49,788 bases of DNA from Trichosphaerium sp. ATCC 40318. Lineage: Eukaryota > Protista > Tubulinea. The stretch is from the NCBI GenBank assembly GCA_038496445.1, contig JALMLS010000434.1:1-49788 (forward strand), in the 5' to 3' direction. Positions within the stretch are counted from its first letter, which is position 1. Every line of letters starts with the position of its first letter. Of the stretch, positions 37,936 to 48,389 are shown in pieces. A program made the translations under genes and the position numbers. A model generated the notes under the pieces. The model ran no database searches. It was not told the origin of the DNA and was given only the letters and a program-made list of their open reading frames with translations.

Positions 37936-39546
37936 ATGAGTGATCGGGGGTACATACCAGAGGATCAAATGCTAAACAAAGGTTGGATAGAGAGGAAATA
38001 CAACAAGTCAAAGCGAAGAGTAAGTAACATCCCGTGTTGATGTTAAATAGCACGTGAGAAAAAAGATTAACAAGTTTTTTTTTCATTTAGTTCTGGCGTA
38101 AAAGATATCTAGTCTTAACACGCGAATACCTCGTTTTCTTTGCTGATAAGGTATGTATTAAGGCGACAGTAGCGTTTTAATTTAGTTTGAAGCGCATACT
38201 ATCCACCTTTTGATAATACTCGATAAAAAGAAAATTACAGCAATGTGTAGGAAATTAAAAAAGAGAAGCTACGCCTTCCTTTGAGTAGTATTGATAGAGT
38301 GCAGAGCGCAACAGCCTCAAAAGGAAGGAGCTTGTTTTATATCATTTGTAAGAACACAGCAAAGCAATACCTATGTGGCGTAGGCACGTGCTTTATTCAT
38401 TTCTTTAGAGAGACAGTTCCTATTCTTTTTAGATAAATACACTGCCTTCAATAACGTAACAATGCAGTACAGACAGTCTCTTTTTTTAATGATGTTATAC
38501 CCGAATGTTAACACATGTCATAGGTACACCTGAAGTACAAGAAACATGGGTCAGTAAAATAGCAAATGCAAAAAACGGCAATTACTTTCAAAAACACGGT
38601 TTATATCGCATAAAACCCAAAACACCAGTATCACATGTTAAAAACAGAATGCAAGGGAATGGTCGCCGTAACTCCGATAACGATATTCCCAAGTATAAGT
38701 TAAAGCACGTGAATTTTTGGCCATTAAAAAAGAAAGTAACGATCGTGATCGTTGGCCACTTTATAACCAAAAGCAAACCAGCTAATAAGTTCATTAGGTG
38801 TGAGTATGGTAGATTACCGGCAAACACAAAACGGGCTTCTGTGGCTATAGTTTCTACGCCAGGGCGATCGAGAAAGAGAAGGTATGTTGCGCCATTATGT
38901 TTTTAGAAAAAAAGGATAGAGTCTAATGAATTGAAATGTTACTAGACCATCGAGACCTGAAGGTATGAACAAAAAAAATCGAATAAATAAAGGCGCAAGA
39001 GCGAGTTCAGGATCAGGCCACTCTGCTAAACATAGACGAAAGGCTTCAAGAGAGCGTCAACAGAAAAAAAATAACAATAACTTTATCCACAAACTACCTC
39101 CCAGTTCAGGGCCATCCAATGTTAACTCTCTTCAAACACCTTTACCACCAAGCCCAAAACTATCACTTCCAAAACGCCCACAGAGTCTACCAGTTGGACC
39201 TTCTATATCAGATATGTTCGCAAGCATTGATGAAGACGAAGATGAAGAACGCAGAGCTCGATTAGATGAAGACTATTCTTCGCTACCATCACGTGGACGA
39301 AGCGAATCTGTTTACAGCGGATATGCTGATCTACCGGCAGATGCTGCAGGGTTAATGGCAGGACCAAAGGTTTCTGCTGGTTCTATTGATGGATACGCGT
39401 CACTCCCATCAAGGAAAGGTATCACCAAAGAAATGTTCATCACCAGTTATTCTCCACTCCCTACTTCTTCACCACGGCCCAAGATTGTTGATGAAACGTA
39501 TAGCGTTCTTCCTATAACGAACGAAAACTCTCTAAAGGTTTTGTGA
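37936..39546 (+). CDS. N-terminal PH-domain protein with Pro-rich segment and repeated YxxLP motifs
   Basis: KGWIERKYNKSKRR/FWRKRYLVLTREYLVFFADK...LPLSSI...QETWVSKI PH domain; tail with PLPPSPKLSLPKRP and six YxxLP motifs. Confidence 0.85.
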
Positions 39547-39947
39547 TTTTGTAACGTTTGTGGATAAAAAAAAGAAAAAAAACAACAACAAAAAAGAGAT
39601 GGACGAAGTGGTAGAATACTTGTGGATCGTGTACAGTGTATGTTAGAATGTAAAGTAAATAATCTGTAAGGTAATCTGAATTGGAGATACTTTGTACAGT
39701 GCAAAGTTGGCACGTTTTTAGTCACGTGAACTATCCAAAACATTTGAGCCTTCCCGTAATAATGTATTCCATCTGTAGATGCTGTGATGTGGTGCAATAC
39801 GAGTACTATCACAATAGCACCACACTTTGTACATTGATGTAACGGCTTGCGAAAAACGGCTTTAATGGGATTAAGCGAAGGACCGTTTTTAGTTAAGGCT
39901 ACTGTATTATCAATTATTATTGTGATAGTGTTGCACAACTAGACGCT

Positions 39948-41264
39948 ATGGCTGAGAAAAAGTATACGATAGCAGTTATTGGGTTTGGGACAATGGGTTC
40001 TGGCATATACAAGACTGTAAAATCGGTTGGTAGCCGTGTGGTCGTGGTTGAGAAGTTTGAAGAGCAACTAAAAAAATTCGATGCCCCAGATGATATTATT
40101 AGATACGAGACGCTTGAGGAAGTCGATAAAGACATCGATGTAATATTCGAAGTACGTTTGAGCGCTATTTGTGCTGTCAACCTTGTTTTCGCCGTTCCTA
40201 TGCGTCGGTAGTCCTTGAACGGCTTATTTCATCGATTGTATTCGGTAAATACAGTTCTTCATTAAAAATTCATTTATTATCTCTATAACACGCATCATAG
40301 GCGATACCAGAGAAGGAAGAATTGAAAACTTCTTTGTACAAGCAAATTGAGGCTCATTTTAGCGAAAAAGTACTTTGGAATTTTTAAGTTTCATCTCAAC
40401 TGCTTCTGTCAACTCACATAATCATTAGACAATCGTTGCTTCAAATACATCAACGTTCGACCTCCAAAAAATGGCTGATACTTTCAATATCCCTTCACGG
40501 CACGTGAATTTATCAAAATTCTATTAATTCATAGAATCAGTTCCTGTGTTGTGTGAATTGTGTTGAATGCTTATTCACTGCTTAGGTTCGTAGGCGCTCA
40601 TTTTAACCAACCTGCAGACCTAAATCCTGTCGTCGAAGTCACAAAGATGAAAGACTCCTCAGATGAGAACATTAAAATTGTTTCAGATATTTTGGAAGCA
40701 GCTGGCAAGGCTGTAGTATTGCTGCAAAAACCACTACAAGGGTACTTTTTTTGGACGAGTTTAATCAACCATTTGTTTTACCTCACTGACGCGATTCAGA
40801 TTTATTACAAACAGGCTACAACATGCTATGTACCGGGAAGTATACGATCTACTTGATAAGGGAATTGTTACTGCTGAAGAAATTGATAAAGTAGCAAAGT
40901 TTATGCTTGGACCACGTATGTGTATCACTGGTCTGTTAATGCAAAAAGATGTAAGTGGTTTGGACACAACATGTAAAGCCCAATCAGAAATGCTTAAGGT
41001 GCTTTGCAAAGACACTACTGTAAGCAAAACACTCAAGAAAAAGGTTGACGACAATCACATTGGTGCGTCTAAACTTTATAATTGGGAGTGCTTTTTGCTA
41101 ACTTGGCTTTTTTTTAAGGTATCAAGACCGGTACAGGTTTTTATCAGTGGGACCAAAAAACTAGTAACGACACACGTGCTGATATTAACAAGCGCTTGAC
41201 TACTGTTTGGGACTTTGTACTCAAGGAGAAACTGGCTTATGAAGGCACACCTGCAAAGCAATAA
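39948..41264 (+). CDS. 3-hydroxyacyl-CoA dehydrogenase family protein (NAD-binding)
   Basis: IAVIGFGTMGSGI, VIFE/AIPEKEELK, IVASNTST, RFVGAHFNQP, ITNRLQHAMYRE, GIKTGTGFYQW; TAA 41262-41264. Confidence 0.92.
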
Positions 41265-41918
41265 ACGAACCAACTTTGTCTTTAAGTCTCTTTACTTGTT
41301 GTGCAACTATTTTTCGGTAGAGCCTCCAATGTAGAATACCGTCGATTCCAACGTTAGAGCGTACAAAATCGATTGTTAAATACGACTTTCTCATCTCAAA
41401 AAAAAATATCCAGTTGGCTTCACTATGCACATCACATACTTTCCCAGAGCTGTTAAGCTGAATGGCTTTAACGTTCGTTTTGCTTTGATAGTACCAAAGC
41501 GTCCTACCAGAGTACGCTTAGCAGAAATGCCTGCAGAATGTATCTCATTGCGTTTTCACGTAGCCACGTGCTACGACAAAGTAAGTTTTTTGGTCTTCAC
41601 ACAGTCAACAGTTTTAAATTTAACGCGTGTCACACTTCTCATAGAAAACAAGCTCGCTGGGTTGCAATATACCAACGAACGTAGGCGGTAACCATGGATG
41701 GAAGTAACAAACGATGCAACCAGGTGTCTAACGCAAGCATTAATCGAAGGTAAAAATTAAATACAACGACGTGGTTTGTTTGACCTGAAATGTGATGACA
41801 ACGTTTTAAATTAAAATGGCGTTATTTCAGGTTAAATGCACCTACTACGTTTCTTATATTATTAAGAACCTCTGTTGTTGTTTAAATATCATTCTAAAAT
41901 ACTACTAGTGCTGAAACA

Positions 41919-43036
41919 ATGTTATTGGATATACCTATCGAGATTCTAGCAAGTATTTTAGAAAATATAAAAGATCGATTTGCAGCTTGTCAAACATGTT
42001 GTCTCTTTTCTTCTATTATTCATGACATTATCGGCTATCATAGTGTGAGGATAAGGACGGCTAAACAAGCGAAACAGGTTGTAAAACATAAAGGGATCAT
42101 GAAACACACAGAAATCAAATTGCTGGCATTTGATTCTGAGGGGTTTCCATCAGATGAGCTTCTGGAACAATTTGCAGGCGTCCATAGCATTGCTCTTCAT
42201 AAAGTTATATAACAGCAGAAGGTATGAAATGGCTTGCTGGAGTACATACGATCAACCTTTTTGAGGCTGATATTGATGATCAAGGTGTCAAATTACTTGC
42301 TGGCGTTCATCAGATTAATCTTGGTTACACTCAAGTGACAGATGAAGGTGTTATAGCACTTGCTGGTGTTCATACAATTGATCTTAGTTACACTGAAGTG
42401 ACAAATGTAGGTATACAAGCCCTTAAAGGTGTTCATAATATTAATCTGGAGGGTACACAAGTGACAGATGAAGGTGTAAAAGCACTCGCTGGAGTGCACA
42501 CTATTGCTTTGAATGAAACTCATGTGACTGCTAAAGGTATAATGTCGCTTGCTGGTGTGCATAATATTGACCTGAGCTACATGCGTGTAGTAACAGATGA
42601 AGCAATCCAAAGTCTTGTTGGTGTACACACAATTAAGCTGACTGGTTCTACACGTCTTATTACTATTGAAGCGATCAAGGCACTCAAAGATGTTCACGAG
42701 ATTCATCTTTCTGACCCAAAGGATTCGTGGCTCCGACTCCTTTGCAATGTGCAGTCAATTCGTATTAATGGTGGGAGAAATAATCTTACAGATGATGGCA
42801 TCAAAGCATTGATTAATGCCAAATACCTTCATCTTGTTTATTCCCCTAGGATAACAGACTTGGGTTTAAAGACATTGATCAACCTTGAACACCTCAAACT
42901 GTGTGGATGTGATAATATTACAAATGATTGTTTGAAATATCTCAAATCGCTAAAACGTGTTGCAACACTCTTTTCTAAAGTTACAAAAGAGGCTGTTGAG
43001 TCAATGGGTATTCAATATATTCACTATTTCACTTGA
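41919..43036 (+). pseudogene. Intronless F-box + LRR gene split by a 1-nt frameshift (pseudogene or assembly error)
   Basis: MLLDIPIEILASIL F-box, then about 21-aa LAGVHTIDLSYTxVTDEGVxA repeats. One extra A at 42201-42203 (CATAAAGTTAT) would fuse the two ORFs into LHKSYITAEGMKWLAG, which fits the repeat register. Confidence 0.75.
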
Positions 43037-43643
43037 TTATGACTAGCTTGAACAATAACCTGCACTGTAATGGATCCAAATAAGGTGTCGCACAATGTAA
43101 AGCACGTTACTATTAACACAGTTTTACTGCTGTTTGTTGGTATTTAGCAGCTATGCCACATCAGATAGATTGTAAACGTTTTTAAAGAAAAGAAACAGTA
43201 AATTAATTAAGTCTAAGTTTGAATTGACTTGCCTTTTTAGCCCATTGCACATATCAGCTCTTTTAATCGTATTTGCTGCTGTATCAAGCTGTATTGCAAG
43301 CCAGCAACAGTATAATAGTTGGTATTGAATGTCGCAAGAGCCTAATCGTACGAACAAGAGGTGTGCTGGCGTAACGTTATTTATTAATAGGATTGGTATT
43401 TACTCGAAAGACATGTGCAAGAACTGAATAGCATGCCGATCTCACTCAAAAGAATGTTGTTCTTCAGCGTCCTGATCCTTGTTGCCACCATCTTTCTCTT
43501 CTCCTTCTTTTTTTTCACCTTTAAACGGCGTGTGCCCGCTGATGGTGTTCCTTCGTACGTTGCCATATCCCAAACTACGACTGCGCTTTCTTACCCTATT
43601 GGCACATGTGTAAGGAGGAACATTTAACTGAATGGGTAATGGG

Positions 43644-45997
43644 TTACCTATCAGTGTTAACACGAAGCTCTGGAATGAGCTGTGGCTCGTCTGTCTTTAT
43701 CCTAATCGAGCTGCTAGTTAGTACAATTTGAGTTGAAACGTACACTGAAAATAAAAAGGTCACGTGCCTTGTTTCTTCCTTGTCTGGATCTACTTCTTCA
43801 CCGATTAAATCGTGGGTCATAAAATGCCAGAATCTTTCAGCATAAAACTCGGCACGGACCTACAGTTAGCACAATTAGTACATCGTACTCTAATGAAATG
43901 AAAAGTTATGCCGTTGATAGTGTTGAAGACTCCCTAAGCGCACAAAATTAGGGTGATGTTGGTTTCTAAACGAAATGCCTTAAAGAGTCACATACCAAAT
44001 AAACTTTTTCATAAAATGAGCAACACGCTTGCCAAGATGGTAGTTGGTGAGACAATCGATGATGCCTATAAACACAATCTAATATATCAGCACAATTATT
44101 CACGATATGTCTATTACGCATGTCGTGCCTCTTTACCACCAGTGGTAGGATTCTCACATTCCATACCGAATCCAAAAGGACTTGAAGAAAAAAACCGTTA
44201 TTATGGCTAGCAATAAGCAAACATACCTTTTGCAGCTTTCTGCCATGAAACGTTCCTCTTCCAATATCTTCTTGGTGTCCCACGTGTTTATATCTGATTT
44301 AAGCGGAGCTATATCGTCAACCTACGTTGGTTTTAAAGAAAGACCTTAATTCATGGGGTATTACCATGACAGTATACAAGTTTTCGCCAAATGATTCCTT
44401 CTTTTTTTTTGGCTTAGATTTTGCGCCCTCAGATACAGCCTTCTTCCTTTGCCTTCCATGTTTCTTTTCTGTTTTTTCTTCAGCACCACTCTCTGGTGCT
44501 TTTGCTTCTCCAGAATCGCTGGATTTTTCATCCTTCAAGAAGAGTTAATACAAATACACAAGAAATAATATTTAAAGATGAACCTCTGAAGCATTTTCTG
44601 CAATATCACGTGGCCTTTCAGGATCAGAACCAGTTTCAATAACTTGATCTACTTTATCCATCTCGTCCTTGTCAAGTTCCCCAACATGGTGAATACCTGT
44701 CACACGGATGTTACAAAAAGTAAATAAGAATTGGGCCTAACCAACTAACAGGGAATAATCCATAATATTTTTCCTGCCAAGAAGCTAAACAATTATTTAA
44801 GTCAAAAAAACTGGCGTCAAAAAAAGTGCTTACATTTATATCGTCCGTCACCTGCTTGATGAATAACTTCTTGTCGTCTTCACTAACCTTTGTCAGCACT
44901 GTTTACAGAGGTGGTTGTAGTAGTAGTACTGAATAAACTTTAATATTCTATTAATCTCATTATCCTTCACAGGTCCTTCAGACGTCTTTCCACGCTCAGC
45001 GTAACTCTTTCCAGGTTTTGCTGTTCGTCCTTTTAAATCATATCTTGAGAACACAACAATTAACTTTTACTAAACCGTTCAGAAAGCCGTACTTTTCGTG
45101 TATCTTCAGTCTTGTAGGTAACACATTACCCATAACAATCAACCATGTTTGTGTTGGCTTCACTGTTCTAATAGGGAAATCAGTCAAAGCATGTTTACTA
45201 CACCGTCATTACCGTCCAGTTTCTAAGCGATACATCCCAAAGACTTTCATTATGAAAGATCGCTTGTGTTTGTTCAAATGCTGTAGTAGTAGGCAACTCA
45301 ATATCCACAAGAAACTCACTGTTAAAAACCGGGCATACCTTGACGTAGTCTTCTAACATTACCATCAACGCACCAACCTGTGCCAATGTCAAAAACAAAA
45401 AGTGACAACCATCGACACGTGCCTCTGCGTGTAGGATCGTCTTGAAAAAATACTTCTTATCCTCGGTCATGTAGAACATTGATCCTGACCGCCCTGTCGA
45501 CTCATCCAGGGTTACATCCTCTTTTTTAGCGGGTAATATCCAAGAACCCTAATACCGTTTGTAACAATGGACGATACAAGCAATACAAGACAGGCGAAAA
45601 CAGACATTACAAAAAAAAGAAGACGCACCAAAAAGGACTTGGCGCTAATACCATGTATCTTGCGCAAGTGATGGAATACGTGAGGAGCGTAGGCTTTTAT
45701 CTCAAATTCTTCGTCTCTAAAGGACAGTGTTAGGGCGTATACACAGACTGTTTTGCGTTTTGTTTTGGCGTAGATCTGCTATCCAAACCACGTGCACAAC
45801 TCAAAAAACATTACTTGTTATTTTGCGCTTACCCACGTAATTTGAACCGCTGTATATCTCTATATTCCTCCGAAGTCAATTTTTGAACCTGGTTTTTATC
45901 TGCAGCGCTTGTCTTGATAATTGTTAATGTATGGTATGTGAATACGCTTACATACCGCGTGGCGTATGCCTAGTACAATGTCGCGAATAGTGGCCAT
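43644..45997 (-). CDS. Phosphatidylinositol-phosphate kinase (PIP5K family)
   Basis: FEIKAYAPHVFHHLRKIHGI, STGRSGSMFYMTEDKKYFFKTI, LIVMGNVLP, YDLKG, VKDNE, IMDYSLLVG, GIIDCLTNY, YAERF, plus a charged insert at about 44320-44540. Confidence 0.93.
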
Positions 45998-46141
45998 AGT
46001 GGTTTAGGTTTTTTGGAACACTTATAAGAGCGACTTCGTCTACTCGCTTAAGTGATGCTGTCTCAAGCGCAATAAACCTACATTTGGTGCATACGCTATA
46101 TAACGTGCCATTAGGATATAGCGCGAATAAAGGGAATCGTC
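45998..46141. promoter_or_regulatory. Probable compact bidirectional promoter (PIP5K / DUF1365)
   Basis: 144 bp separate divergent predicted start codons. Confidence 0.45.
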
Positions 46142-47935
46142 ATGATAAGATATCTCGTACAGCTAACCGCCATTGGCATTTTACAAGCGCAATGGCGGCA
46201 AGTAGCAAGTAATATCGTCCTGAGGCACAAGGAGAAACTTTTTACCGCACCAGCTTTTACAACTACCGTTCTTTATCTCTTGTCATGCGTCAATATACAC
46301 TCAAAGGTACTTTAAGCGCATTTGCGTAATGATTGAAGAACAGTAGGCGCTAAGAACGAGTTTTGCGTCAACCCTGTTGCGCGTAATTGTATGGATAGCA
46401 GCGTCAGTGGTATCTGCGTTATGGTGAGCGTTAAATCCGTATTGTTTTAACGCATTGTAGGTTCGGCGTGTTGAGTGGCGTTATAATACCAGAGATTTTG
46501 CTTTATCTCGCTAACAGATGCCTCGAAGTGGGGTTTTATGGCACCAAATCGTACAAAGCGGATGGCGTGAATAACACGATTGTAGCGCTACTCACAGCAG
46601 GTCAAGGTAACACCCTTATCCTCCACGACACGGTTGAACACATTGTTGACAGTTGACAGGTTATCAAAACAATCACAAAGCGGACGTTTTAGCCGCTAAT
46701 TTTGCACATCAGTTGTGGGAATTCGATATGACCTACCAAGTGCTCGTTGTACTCAATTTATTTGGACTTGTCGGCGACCTGAACGGCCCGAATGAAAAGA
46801 TTCTAGCATCCAGAGCATTTCATGTAGAGAAATACATCTACGCTGGATCAGTATTCCATCGTCGTTTCAAGACGGATACATCGCCACGTGATCATAAATT
46901 TTCTTATGATGTTTTCATGATGATGATTGAACTCAACGATGATACTGATTATGCCTTTGATCAGTATTGGCTATGGTCAAGCAATGACACAGGTACGCAC
47001 TGGTCAAAGGTCAATATCTAGTATAAATGATGAACTAAAAACAGTTCACTTGTAGGAGACTCACAAAAGCCAGCGTTGGGTTATTTACGCAAATCAGAAT
47101 ACTTGAGTCGTGAACAAGTGCACGAAAAGGTATTCCAAGATACAGGAAAGAAAGTGTCAGGTTTGTGTTTTTGAACATAAGGCAGCTTCCTGCATTTCAG
47201 AAATACTAACCTGTTTTAATGTTAGGTAAGGTTTACTTGCTTACAAACTGGCGGTACTGGGGATACACTTTTAATCCAATCTCGTATTATTGGTGCAAGG
47301 ATGAATCTGGCAAGCTGGTCGCCATGCTCTCTGAAGTAACCAACACACCTTGGTACCGCTGTATACACCGATCAACGCCAGTAAATCTAACTCATTTGTG
47401 CTAGGGGTGAAAAATGCTACTACACCCACGCCTGCACTCCACTAAACCCCAAGAGAATGACAGACAAATTCACTAAAATAATGTACGTCATGGTTTTTAT
47501 TTCTTCTGCCTTTGAGTCTATCTGCTAATATCGGCGTTGTCCAGGCATGTTTCTCCATTTTTTAAAATGCATTATGACTATCGAGCAAAGTACGATACGC
47601 CCAACGAGAACTGGAATGTATGCATCCAATTTTTCTATACTGAAACAGCGTACTAACCCGTTTGCTACAGATGACTTGGCTTATGACACACGAAACGACA
47701 CAAAAGCTCAATTTTATTGTACGGAAGGGTTTTTTTACTTTACATACCAATTTTTCTGTCATAGGCGTCATTGCACGTGCAAAGGCATGAAGTGACACAA
47801 TCTAATCTACTGTGGATCTTAGCGAAGCATCCTTTGATGACGTTCAAGGTCTTTGCTGGTATACATTGGCAAGCGCTTAAACTCATTTGCAGTGGCGTGC
47901 CATACATTCCACACCCAAAGGTAAAACCTCAATAA
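46142..47935 (+). CDS. DUF1365 family protein with a hydrophobic N-terminal extension
   Basis: YAGSVFHRRF...HKFSYDVF, LLTNWRYWGYTFNPISYYWC, EVTNTPWGE, MHVSPF, GIHWQALKL...PHP; TAA 47933-47935. The N-terminal exons are less certain. Confidence 0.88.
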
Positions 47936-48389
47936 CCTCATTGGCTACAGTAGTGGCGATCTGTCTCTAAATTGGTTAATCATATTTGAACTCCCAGAGG
48001 AATTCATCACGTCATCATGTATAGCAATTTCGCCACATATGATCTACGTTGTAGTTCCACCATGTATAAATACAAATCAGAAATTTTTAATAGTTGGATT
48101 GGTAGTAATACCTGAATTGGCTTCCTTGAAACTATTTTCGCATACTGACGTTTTACGATGCTACACAGACATGGGTCAGTGTCGTAAGTTGCATTTAATC
48201 ATTACTACAGTATGGGCTCGCAGTGCTTAAAGACGCCACATTAAGCGACAGCAAAAACAAAAATCATTTCAAAATTCAAATAAGTCAACAGCCACACCCA
48301 GCACTTTAGCACTAGGTATCTATATAAGTAACTGAAAGTTTGTGATTGGCAGGATAACCCAAGTACAGTAGTAAATTTCTAGCATAAAA

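Noticed and set aside
41253-41264. C-terminal AKQ of the dehydrogenase as a peroxisomal PTS1
   Set aside because: The terminal residue is not L/M/I/F, so it does not fit the consensus.
41425-41760. Small ORF with apparent GTAAGT...TAG intron upstream of the F-box/LRR gene
   Set aside because: No recognisable product; could be UTR or noise.
42210-42212. Stop-codon reassignment or read-through (alternative genetic code)
   Set aside because: The downstream ORF is in a different frame. TAA, TAG and TGA all terminate well-conserved genes here, and other apparent internal stops fall in introns.
785-43036. Endogenous giant-virus insertion
   Set aside because: No capsid, packaging ATPase, polymerase or integrase is present, and the virus-like genes are interspersed with intron-rich housekeeping genes.
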